DNA of 64,000 bases, from contig FLMG01000742.1 of NCBI GenBank assembly GCA_900088475.1, forward strand, positions 1 to 64,000, given 5' to 3'. Of this stretch, positions 1 to 10,847 are shown piece by piece. This stretch comes from Hyphochytrium catenoides. Taxonomy: Eukaryota > Protista > Hyphochytriomycota. A model generated the notes under the pieces. The model had not been told where the DNA came from, ran no database searches, and worked only from the letters and a program-made list of their open reading frames with translations. Numbering within the stretch: position 1 is the stretch's first letter; each line of letters opens with the position of its first letter. Made by a program: the position numbers and the translations under genes.

Positions 1-349
1 TCTCTCTCTCTCTCTCTCTTTCTTTCTCTCTCTCTTTCTTTCTTTAACTCTTTCTCACCTCCCTACCCTACACTTTATCTTAAGCCTATTCTATCCCCTT
101 ACCTGGGTGCAAGCCTCCGATCCTGCTTGTCTCTCCTTTCCCCTGCCCCTTCTGTTCATTATGAGATCCGAGGCTCCACCGTTCATAGTCTCTTATGGAT
201 GACTCGCTCTCTTTCAGTGCAACGCCGCAAGAGTCTTACCAGGTCTTCGAGCCCTACGGAGCCTATGGCATCCCCTACGGAGTCATGCTTGATCTGGTAT
301 CAGAGGGGAAGAATGAAGAAGGGATCTCGGATTATTCTCCTTTCCTAGC

Positions 350-404
<55 letters not shown>

Positions 405-707
405 GTCTCTCCGTTTCGGTGGCTCTCTCTCTCCCTCTTCCCAGCTGCCACTCTCTCGCTTGGCATCTTTTTCCTTTCCTCTCTTTCCTCTCTTTCTCTC
501 TGTCTCTTCTGCAACAGACCTGTCTCGGACTCGGACTGCTCTAGCTCACACCTCTCCTCTTACAGCGGGCTGTGAACGTGCTAAAAGAGTGTTACACGGA
601 CGTGAGACCGACCTCAAAGTTCATGGCAGAGTTCGTGGAGTTTGAGAGGAACAAGCTTGTCATCAGCGCGCTCAGTGCGACATCCCAGTATCAGGTGAGA
701 GTGGCTA

Positions 708-743
<36 letters not shown>

Positions 744-853
744 ACACAGATGGAGCGAGAGCGAGCGAGAACGGGGTAGAAAGACGGGAGAGGGATGACC
801 CGAACGGGTCGTGTGTCGTGTGTGGTGTGTAAGATAGATAGNNNNNNNAGCGG

Positions 854-886
<33 letters not shown>

Positions 887-2468
887 CAAGGCGAGCGAGA
901 AAGGGGTAGGAAAGAGAGAGGGACTTAACATGAAGAGAGAGCAGAGAGAGACAGGAAAAGACAGAAGGGAAGACGGATACATGGAAAGAGTGGGGAGGTA
1001 TTGGCGCAGAATGAAAGGTTGCAGCACTGTCCCCATCATTCCTTTCTCGGCCCTCCTCCTCCATGCTAAAGCTTTGGCTGTAGGTGTTCCAAGCTCTTCT
1101 GGAGCTGCTGATCACGACTGACCTAGGACCAGCTGTTCTCATTCCAAGTGCGCGATCCATGTTCCAGAGCCGCGCTGGGCTGGTCGCCTGCTTGATCTCA
1201 CAGCTCGAGACTATCGCGGAGGTAAACGGTCCGTCTCCTCTTCTCAATCCCTTTCAAATTCTCTCTCTCTTGTCCATGTCCTGTCATTCTGGTTCACTCT
1301 TCTTCTCTCTCCACGCTTTGTCTCTCTCTCTCTCCACCTCTGAGAATCGACCGGGGATCTGGAGTCTGTGCTTACAACGGACACTTCTGAAGGGCTCCTT
1401 GCTTTGCTCTTGGCTTGCTCTCTCTCTGTCTTTCTCTCTTCTCTGCCGCGGCTCTTACCATGTTTGCTGATGGCGCCGAGCTCTCTCTCTGGCTCACCAC
1501 CCAACCGCTCGTTTGCCCGTTCTAGGTGCTACGATATCTCTATCGTTATGCAGAGATGGACGATTCCGAGGAGCTAGTGAAGAAGCTACACTCAGTCCTT
1601 CTCTCTCATTGGGAAAGGCTGAAGGACGATGTGAGCCCAAGAGTCATTAGTCTCTTTCACATATTAACCATTCTACGCGTATGCGTCTCTTATGATCGAT
1701 CCTTCTCTCTCTGACACTGTCTCTCGATCCCGTCAACCTCTAACCAGGGAATGCCTCTCTCCCTTTCTCTCTCTCTCTGTTTCTCTCTCTCTCTCTGTTT
1801 CTCTTTCTCTTTCTCTTCCCATTTTATCTCTCTCCGGACCTTCCGTTCCTTGCGTCTCGCTTCCTCTTTCACAGATGCTACACTTTTTCCAGTTGCATTG
1901 CTCCTCCAGCCTTGAGCCGCTGAGAGTTCCGATGCAGCAGCTCATTGACGCGGGAACTCGCTGGATTCAGAGCTTCCCGGAGACACCGAGTGGCGAGGAC
2001 CAAGAGGACGAAGCAGAAGACGTTCCCGATGCTTTTGCAGTCCTAACAGAGCTCCTCTATATGCTTAGGACTCTCAATATCTCTCTCTCCCGGTAACGTC
2101 TTCTCGCTCTCCTTCTCTCTCATATTTCAGTCCTGCAAGCAGAGTGGGAGAGGAAGAGAGAGACAGAAGGATGCTGAAATTCTCTTCCTCATCTAACCCT
2201 CTCCCTACTCCTGATCTCTGTCCGTCTCTCTTATCAGCGCTCTCTATCCAGCATTTCTGCTTTTCTCAACCTCTCTCTTTCACTCAGTCTTTCTTCTCTC
2301 TTCGCAATGCCTCTCCCGCTCTCTCGGCTTCTCTCCTTACCTCTGGTTCCTCTCTCACTGCCGTGTTTCTCGCGCTTCTGTACTTATCCTTTATCTGCCC
2401 TCTCTCCCTCTTTCTCCTCCTCTTTCTATCTCATCCCCGTTTTCTTTCAACCCTACCGGTACTTTCTT

Positions 2469-2507
<39 letters not shown>

Positions 2508-2924
2508 CTCTTCCTTATGAACCCTGGTCTCTCTCTTCTCTCGCCCTGAAAACCCACAATTTTGCCCACCCATTTCTGCAGAGATGTCGCTTCCATTTGT
2601 GCCAAAGAGAAGCACATACCAGAGAATGCCCAGCTTCCAGCTTCTTCTTCTTCGAAGTCAGAGGCAGAGGACAACATTTCCACTGCAAAATTTGTGGAGA
2701 CATGCGTGGCAGCACACTTGCGCAACCTTCTCTCTCCTTTGTATCGACAAAGAAAGAATGAGAAGCCAAGTAAGGGAAAGAATGAAGAAAGAGAAAGAGG
2801 AAATGCCAAGGTCAGCTCGGAATGCACTTCCTGTCGGTTCTGCTAGGAGCCACCCAGAGTCAAAACCTTCCTATGCTTAATGTTTGCATTCTCCTACTCT
2901 CTCTCTCTCCTCTCTCTCTCTCCT

Positions 2925-2956
<32 letters not shown>

Positions 2957-3400
2957 CCTCTCTCTCCCTCTGCCTCTCCCTGTCTCTCTCTGTCTCACTC
3001 TGTCTCTCTCTGTCTCTCCCTCTCTCTCTTGCTTGTCGTTCTCGTTTTTGTCTGCCTTTAGCTGTCCAAGGAGTCCTTTCATCTGGAGCGTCTATCCTAC
3101 GTGGTCGACTTGCCTGAAGAGGCAAGAAAGGCTGCATTACTTCGACGCTATCCTAGAGACATTGCCCGGCCTACAGCAGCTCTGCAGTACGTGGTAAGCC
3201 TCGACGCCTTTCCGTGCTCAACCTCCTGGTTTCTCTTACCTTGGCCTTTCCTCTCTCCGACAACTTCATACAGAGTCTGCTTCCTTTCTTAGCCGTCACT
3301 GTTAGTGTCGAAGGTGATGGACCTAGTCGAGCTGTATAACTTTCTCCTCGACGTGATAGCTCATACATTTACTGCCTTTTCGGGCCGTTAGGCTGTCGCT

Positions 3401-3431
<31 letters not shown>

Positions 3432-3490
3432 NNNNNNNNNNNNNNNNNNNNNNNNNNNNNNNNNNNNNNNNNNNNNNNNNNNNNNNNNNN
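1..3490. repeat. Dense (CT)n/(GA)n microsatellite tracts in introns
   Basis: Long pure or degenerate CT/GA runs at 1-50, 351-410, 709-740, 866-886, 2472-2502, 2900-3030 and 3402-3431; N gaps at 842-848 and 3432-3490 lie beside them. Confidence 0.95.
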
Positions 3491-6400
3491 CCGTTTTCAT
3501 GTCTGTATGTGCTTTCAGGTCGACAGCCGCCTCGATCAGGCATTGCAGCTTGCTCTTTTTGAGTTACTGACGGAACCACTGACAATTTGGCCGTTTGCTG
3601 CCCTCTCTGTGAAGCTGACCAAAGCGGCGGTTAAGTTCCTTGTCTGGAGAGAGAGCGACAATATGGTCAGCCTTTCCTCGCGCTTTCCTGATTATTTTCT
3701 GAAACAGCGCCTATGTCTCCTGCAATTTTTGCCACGTCCAAAGGCTCCCCAGTCTTCCTTCTCTAGAACCGACCGTTGAATGCAGGTTCCTCCCTGTGCG
3801 AATATGGTTCTTGACCGTCTCTCCGTCTCTCTCTTTCTCTGCGCAGATTCTCTCAAACGTCCAGACGATAAGGACGTTTCCTGCTGATGTCCAAGGGTAA
3901 GACGGCAAACTGGTCGGGGGCGGACAAGGACTTGTCTCCAAGGGAAGGAAAAGAGGAGGAAGGACATAGTGCAAGTGGCTAATAACCTGTGACAGGACAA
4001 GGAAAAGAGCATCGCGGAAGAAAGAGAGAGACGACCGAGGATGTTCTTTCTCATAGTGTCGTCCAGCGTTCCTATCTCCCTTCTCTGACTTGCTCTGCCT
4101 GGACAAATTATATCCTTCAAGGCTTATCTTTGCAGGCATGGAGGGGAACATCTTCGGGGTGAGGCCTCCCTTATTGCTCGCGGAAGAGGAGACGCTATGT
4201 TGTCTACTGGACATTGTGGCGCCCGTCAGCTGTCGGGTTGACATGGAGAATCTCACGATGCAGAAAAAGCTACCCCCTCAAGAGTCAAAGGTGTTGCATC
4301 CTTCCTACACACTTCTCTCTCTCTGCCTTTCTCTCTCTTCACTCTGCCTCCCCTCCCTCATAAGCTTTCTGCAGAACCCTTTCTCCTATCGCTGCCGTAC
4401 TCTGTCTCCCTGATAGCATGTGTCTGCATCGTCTTTCCCCAACAGGCTGATCCTCAGAGAGTCTATAGGCTTTACCTAACCCCCGTCTCCATGCTCTCCT
4501 CACTTCTTCCCCCTCGGCCATGGATCTGAACTGCGCTCCCTAGGTTATAACGATATTCTCTGGCGACACATGCTTCCAGGTGACAGACCTCTGTCGCTGT
4601 CGTGAATGTTTTCAATAGCCTTGCTCTTTCCCAGATCCTAACAGCGTGTTCTTTAATGACTGCGGACTGCTCTGAGGTTACTTGCAGAGCTATGTCTGCT
4701 CCCATCCCCTGCACACTTGTTGCTCCAATCTTTCTGATGAGATTCCCTCTCTAACCTTGTGATCGGTCGAAAATGATAGGGCTTTGTCTTCCGCCACAGC
4801 TTGCCGTCGGTGCTTGAAATAAGAGAGACCTTTGAGATTCGGGGTCAAAACATGAAGCAGATGATCGAGAGGTTTGCGGAAGTTGTCATTGACAACTGCT
4901 GTCGGATGCAAGAAGATGAAGGTGAGCTCTAACTCCATCTACTAATACGTCAATATATAGAGAGAGAGAGGGAGAGAGAGAGACAGACAGACGGACAGAG
5001 GGTGAGAAGCGTGAAAAGGCGTTGACGACTTAGAACAGACGATGAGAGCGCGCGTATCTCAAAGCAGAAGCACAAGTAGTAGAGTCTAACAGAGCACCGT
5101 ACACACCGACCACAGGGCACTTTTTCCTGGGATTGGCTGTGTCGGACAGACGGAGCGCGTGGCACGCGGATAATCAGCTTCTCGCCCTATACTCATATGC
5201 TACCCTTAAGAGTCAGAGGGAAGACATCAAACAAAACATATCGAAGGCACTGAAGGGAGGCAAGCACATAGCCAGCAGGTACCTTGGCAGCGACTCTTAC
5301 TTGAGATCTATCTGTAAACGAAGCTTGCCGGTGACAGTGTTTCTGGTCCCTGTATCCATGTCATCTTTCTTCTCTTTTCTCCCAAGCCAGTGAACTGCCC
5401 CCACTGAGACCAACCTTAGGCTTCTCTTACCGCACATCCTCTTGCAGCAGCCCTGCCTTTCTCCTCCCCGGGCAGATATCTAGTGCAGCATTGGATTATC
5501 TCTTGTCTTCAACTTCTCTTCCGCTTTTTGACGGCTCAAGTTAGCGGCTGTACTGAGCATCTCGCCTCTTAATAACTGCTCTGTCTGTCTGCCACTTCTT
5601 GCGACACGATGCCCAGAGTGCTCTTGTACGCCATGGATGACTACTTTCCTATGGTTAAAACGTTTACCTTTCGGGGCGTCATCGAAGGGGAGACGCCAAG
5701 GATCGAGAGCTATGAACCTCCCGTCGAGCTTTCTCTCTGGCCCTTTAGACACATCTACTTCGACCAGGTTATCTGATCTGTCCTAGGGCTCCTGTCATTT
5801 CATAGCCTCTCCGGACATCTAGCTCACTGGCCCGCTATGTAGTGCAGTATACCTGCGCTAGCTTGGATGTCATACTCTTTCCATCGCCTCTGTCCGTTGC
5901 CCACTCGTATTCTCTTACGGCTCTCTCATCTTCTTTTATTCATTCAAATACCTCTGCTGCAGGGCGATGCGTTGGACGCTCTCAGTGCCTTTCACTCCGA
6001 GAACGACCTTGAGCGGCATACCGCAAGGCTCCATCAAGTCTTGAAAAATATGATAGATAAGGCGATTGCGAAGGGTAGCGTAGCTTCGATGACTCTTTAC
6101 TATCGGTCTTTATCTCGGCCTGCGGCGCCCTCCCCAACCAGACCATTCGTTCTTCCAAACGTTCCCACGTGGCTCCAATCTTACACTGCTCAAGCTGCTC
6201 TGATAACTCACTCCTATCTCCCCAGTTCATGGGGTTTTATGGGCCATGGTTAGGTCTCTCTGGACTTCTATTTCTAACCTCTACCTTGTCCCACGTACTT
6301 CAGGCGACTTCCTCCAGGCATACAAGGTTTCCTTAGTACACCTCACCGTGGACCGCAAGCTGGTGAAGGAAGATCCCCACCTTCTCCTGGATGTGCTCAG

Positions 6401-7981
6401 GATGCTGCAGAGCTCTGTGGAAGAGATGGAGCACTTGGTACACCTCGTAGAACACACCTCCTTTCGCGCAAACTCTTCTGGCCTTTTGCCGCTACTCCGC
6501 TTCATTGGGCTACCAGCCATTATATGGTGGCACGTGATACCTCTCAGTTTCCATTCCATATCCTTATACCGCTCTTCGGCTGCAGGAGAGGCGGAATCGG
6601 ATGCTGCAGGTGCTGGTGGCTCTTCTGACCTCAGAAGAAGACATCAAGTCTAAGGTTCGAATCGCTATGTGGACCTCTTCAAGAGAAGGCCTGAGGATCC
6701 TTCCCCTGCTTTCTAAGCATAAACCTCTCGAGTATACATCTGACGCTCTCTTATCTGGGGCTTGCAGACCTACCAAACCCAGATCCAGGCCTCTCTGAAG
6801 AATTATTGTACACAGATCAAGGAGCATATACACCCAGCTCTCTGTATCCATCTCATGGGTGTCATTCCAGCTGTTCTATCTCTTCTCGCTCAGCTAGAGC
6901 CTCTGTACGCCGGACATAACTTAGAAGACTTGAAGTTCGGCGTAAAAGACTTAGACGAAGCCATAAACCTGCTAGCTGGCCAAGCAGGAGGGACGCAGCC
7001 ATGTAGCTTCAAGGACTCTCCTCTAGCTCTTGCGCTGCTGCATCAAGCCCTGGGAAATGCCAGAAAGGTAAAAGGTCTTTTCGGCACTATAGAAACGGAA
7101 GCGCAGAGGGAAAGAAAATAGGGCAGTGATTGGACTGTCCGTCACTCCTTCTCGCTAACAGTGCCTGCCGCTCTATGCTGAGGGCTAACTCTTCTCTCTT
7201 GTTTCTCAACTCCAGGAGAGAGATCCTTCAACTTTAATGGAAACCCTAAAGGAGCTAAACAGCATTATGAAGGCTATACGCCTTTCCTTAGCCTTTGATA
7301 TCCATCAGAACAGCGATGCTGTGCCTAAATTTCTTAAGAGGCTATTGGATCCCGAGGCAGCTTTGGACCAACACGGACCCCGTGGTGGAGGAGGGGCAGG
7401 AGTGAGGGCGAAGAGAAGGCCTCTGATGGTGCTAACCGCCCCAAATGCCACAAGTAACAGCGAAGTTGAAGGGACAAATGCCACGACAGAGAGTAGGTGC
7501 CCGGTCTCCCTTCCTTATTCTTCGTTCCCTATCACTGCTGGTTTGCTTCTCTCTCCTTGCACCTCTGCCGTTAGGCCATCTGGTCAGTCCAGCTCCTGCA
7601 CACCATTCTTCTGCTCGGTGTCGTCTCCAGCTTAGCATCCCTTCCTATAAGGGTTCCACGCGTTCATCCAACGCTCCTCCTTGTCCCGCAAGAAGTTGTT
7701 ACTCCCTCTGATGCCTTCTCCCTCTTCTTCCGCCAGGTTTAGGACAAGCTGTCTCTCGAGAACCTGCACCATTCGGCTTAGAGAAGAAGTCAACACTCTT
7801 CAATTCTAGCGGTGACTTTCAGCGAAGGTGGGCTGGCAGACCCTCGGCGCTTAGTATTGATCTTAGACGGAAGGGATCCTCCATTCTGGGATTTTCTAGG
7901 ACCAGTTCATGGTGTGAACCAGATGTTCCTCCGCGTGCAGTGGCAAACGTGGAGGAAGAGAAAGAAGTGACTGAGGAGTAG
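219..7981 (+). CDS. Large multi-exon predicted alpha-helical protein of unknown function, 5' end probably outside the window; exon boundaries approximate
   Basis: Chain of Leu-rich open segments bounded by AG/GT: AVNVLKECYTDVRPTSKFMAEFVEFERNKLV (~567-694), MLHFFQLHCSSSLEPLRVPMQQLIDAG (1875-2092), VDSRLDQALQLALFELL (3519-), RVLLYAMDDYFPMVKTF...HIYFDQ (~5616-5767), GDALDALSAFHSENDLERH (5962-), TYQTQIQASLKNYCTQIKEH (6768-), and a last exon 7900-7981 ending EEEKEVTEE-TAG. No family motif recognised; it could be more than one gene. Confidence 0.6.
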
Positions 7982-8480
7982 GTTGCTGCCCGCAGGCTAG
8001 GAGGTAGAGAGAGTAGTGATCATCACAACCTTCTTGTGACAAAGAGAGAGAGGGACAGACAACGAGCGCGACATAAGACGAGAGGAGCTTGTTGAGGAGG
8101 GGAACGCCACCTGCTATAGATGCTTCTGCAGGGCTTTGGACGGTCTCCACGATCCAAAGTATAGAGAGCCGCCTTCTCCTTCCATCATACGCCCTCCTGA
8201 TATGTGCCGCCAGCCTCGTTTGAGGTTTAGAATTAGATGCCCATCCAGTCATTCTCAAGGAGCTCTTTCTATAAAGGGAACTCTATCTCCTCAGAGCATG
8301 GACTGCCCAACGCAAGCGCTGAGGAAGAGAAACGTCTATGTGTCTATTATTTGGTTGTCAGGTCTATATATATGTATGTAAATGGAAAGGTCTATGTCCT
8401 GTCGCTAAGGACAAGGATGATAAGAGACACAAACTGAAGAGAGAGAAGTCACAATGAGATAAAGGAACAGAAAGGGAGCC

Positions 8481-10847
8481 TTATAATCTTTCCAGCTCTA
8501 CCGCGAGATAATCACTAGCTGCGCTGCTAACCGACCACTCACTTCCATAACTCTCCTCTGAGCTAGCCTCTGTTATGTCTGACAGCGCCGTTCCCCTGTC
8601 TATAGCCATAGGAGAACGCATAAGGTGTTGCTCGCCATTGCCGCTGCTGTTGGCGCGGAAGCTGTAATCCCTTTCCTCATCGTTGTCGCGAGGGGTGTCC
8701 AGCAGCACACCATCCAAATCAGAGTCTTTTCTATTGAACTGAAGGAATAGAATGGCAGCAATGACAACAACTGTCGCGCCAGCCGCTGCAATGGCTGCGA
8801 TGCCTCCTAAAGGTAGCTTTTGAGAGCTGGAGACGACCGCTCCGTTTTCGGAACGCCCACTGTTGTCAATCTTTGGCTCATCGTCGGCGGAATCATCATT
8901 GACCCCGTCTGCTGCTTTCTTTCCAGCTCCATTCCCCGCAGGACTAACACCGCCATTGCCCCCGTTGACTGATGCCCCATCCACAGTCCCAGGTCTTCCA
9001 CCTCCGGCCCTCTGGCTGGCGCTATCGCGGGCAAAGCTCTCCGTGCTGCTGCGGGTTTGACCGTCAGGATCGGACGTGGCTCCGGAGCTAGAGAAGGTCT
9101 GTGCGTCGGCGATAGATACGTCATTGAGATCAACATCAGATGGCTTGGTCAGGGTCAGGGGGCGAGGAAGTCTTTCTTCTTCTATCTCATCGTCATCGTC
9201 TTCCTTCTTTTTCACGTCGACAATCAGCCGAGGATTGACCCTAACTGGTGAAGGGCTGGGCTCTGGCTCCGGCTCAGGTAAAGGGCTGGGCTCTGGTTCC
9301 CCAATGGCTTCAGGCTCAGGGACTGGGACGCGCAAGGAGGGTGTGGGGGATGGAGAGCTTTCACCATGGTTTCCATCGCCAGAAGGCGGTAACCTAGATT
9401 CTCCGGCTTGATTCCCGTCAACCGGGGCCGGAACTGGACCTGCTCCTTGCTGCTCGTCACCAGAAGGCGGAGACCCTGATCCGCCGCCTTGCTCTGCGTC
9501 AGCCGGAGACCCTGATGCGCCGCCTTGCTGTCCGTCTGCCGGAGACCCTGATGCGCCGCCTTGCTGTCCGTCAGCCGGGCTCGGAGCTGGATCCATTCCT
9601 TGTTGCCCGTCGCCAGGAGAAGGAGCCCTAGGCCCCCCGTCTTGCGGCTCATCCCTTACAGGAGGCACGGTTGAAGGCTCTCCCTTCCCATTGCTAGGAG
9701 AACCGTCGATCGGGCTACCTTCCGCCTGTTGACCAGTGGAAGCACTGCCAGGAGGGCCCGTATTAGTTGGAGGAGAATCAGTAGGCGGTAAGGTTGTGGG
9801 CTCAGGTAGACCAGGGACAGTAGTAGGCTCCTGGGCCGTGGAATTCACTGGAGTTGTGCCTGGAGAGGTCTCCGTACCGTTGGATGGCTGGGGTGTCGGG
9901 ACGGGATTTGCTGGCTGCTCAAGAGCAGGACCTGGAGTGGGCGCTGAGCCTGGGGCTGGCTCTGCACCGCTGGGCTGGGGCTCAAGAGGACTCTGAGGTT
10001 CAGGACTGGGTTCTGGTGTTGGCTGAGGCACTGGCTTTGGGTCTTGTCCAGAAGTCGACCCTGAACCAATAGGCTGTGGCGAAGGGACAGGTTGAGGCTC
10101 CGGAATAGGCTCCGGCAGCGGGTCGCTCCCTGGGGCGGGCTCTGGATCCGCAGGCTGTGTCCCGGGAGCGGCGCTAGGTGTTGGTCCAGGATTAGGTAGA
10201 GGGAAAGGCCTTTGCTCTGGAGCTGGATCTGGGTCGGTAGGTTGCGGCACTGGCTCTGGCACAGTGTCGGGCTGGGGTAAAGGTTCCGCCCCTGGAGCTG
10301 GCTCCGGGTTGGTAGGTTGCGGCACTGGCTCTGGCACAGTGTCGGGCTTGAGTGAAGGTTCCAAACCTGGAGCTGGCTCTGGAGTGTTGGATTGAGGCCG
10401 CGGACTTGGCACAGCCTCGGGCTGAGGTGTAGGATCCGCCCCTGGAACTGGCTGTGGGTTGGTAGGTTGAGGCACGTCTGACCCTGGGCGAGGCTGAGGT
10501 GACGGCTCTTCTCCTTGAGAGGGCTGTGGCGTGTTTCTGGCGTTTATCGTTGTCGCTGGACTGCTACTGCCTAGAGTGGAGCCGCCGTCGCCAAGCTTGG
10601 CCACTTCGGCAGACTTTGATGGTGGATCGCTACTCTGTACCTGCTTACGAACAGGTTCTTCACTAGACATCTGCATGACTGCAGGTTTGGAAGGCGTGCT
10701 GCTGACTTTTGTCACCGGCGCTGGATCAGTAGCTCCCGATGTTGACGTGGTGGCATCCTTGGAGGCCGCTATCACCGCTGCCGGATATATCACTAGAATG
10801 ACAAGCAGCACCAACCTCAGCAGAGGCCGCCGTCGTAGTGACTTCAT
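8481..10847 (-). CDS. Intronless Pro/Gln/Ser-rich mucin-like type I membrane (cell-surface) protein, 788 aa
   Basis: Single long ORF with an N-terminal signal/anchor (LLRLVLLVILVIYPAAVIAA), ~25-aa repeats (PEPVPQPTNPEPAPGAEPLPQPDTV), ~12-aa repeats (DGQQGGASGSPA), one C-terminal TM helix (LGGIAAIAAAGATVVVIAAILFLQF) and an acidic Ser-rich cytoplasmic tail. Confidence 0.85.
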   Translation of the reverse strand: MKSLRRRPLLRLVLLVILVIYPAAVIAASKDATTSTSGATDPAPVTKVSSTPSKPAVMQMSSEEPVRKQVQSSDPPSKSAEVAKLGDGGSTLGSSSPATTINARNTPQPSQGEEPSPQPRPGSDVPQPTNPQPVPGADPTPQPEAVPSPRPQSNTPEPAPGLEPSLKPDTVPEPVPQPTNPEPAPGAEPLPQPDTVPEPVPQPTDPDPAPEQRPFPLPNPGPTPSAAPGTQPADPEPAPGSDPLPEPIPEPQPVPSPQPIGSGSTSGQDPKPVPQPTPEPSPEPQSPLEPQPSGAEPAPGSAPTPGPALEQPANPVPTPQPSNGTETSPGTTPVNSTAQEPTTVPGLPEPTTLPPTDSPPTNTGPPGSASTGQQAEGSPIDGSPSNGKGEPSTVPPVRDEPQDGGPRAPSPGDGQQGMDPAPSPADGQQGGASGSPADGQQGGASGSPADAEQGGGSGSPPSGDEQQGAGPVPAPVDGNQAGESRLPPSGDGNHGESSPSPTPSLRVPVPEPEAIGEPEPSPLPEPEPEPSPSPVRVNPRLIVDVKKKEDDDDEIEEERLPRPLTLTKPSDVDLNDVSIADAQTFSSSGATSDPDGQTRSSTESFARDSASQRAGGGRPGTVDGASVNGGNGGVSPAGNGAGKKAADGVNDDSADDEPKIDNSGRSENGAVVSSSQKLPLGGIAAIAAAGATVVVIAAILFLQFNRKDSDLDGVLLDTPRDNDEERDYSFRANSSGNGEQHLMRSPMAIDRGTALSDITEASSEESYGSEWSVSSAASDYLAVELERL

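Noticed and set aside
127-3585. Many ORF-track entries rich in SLSLSL or ERERER (also at 19177-20719, 54629-55345, 62762-63916)
   Set aside because: They are translations of (CT)n/(GA)n microsatellites, which lack stop codons.
4446-4475. Possible GC donor (AG|gcttta) in the first gene
   Set aside because: An all GT-AG exon path can also keep the frame, and the GC context is weak.
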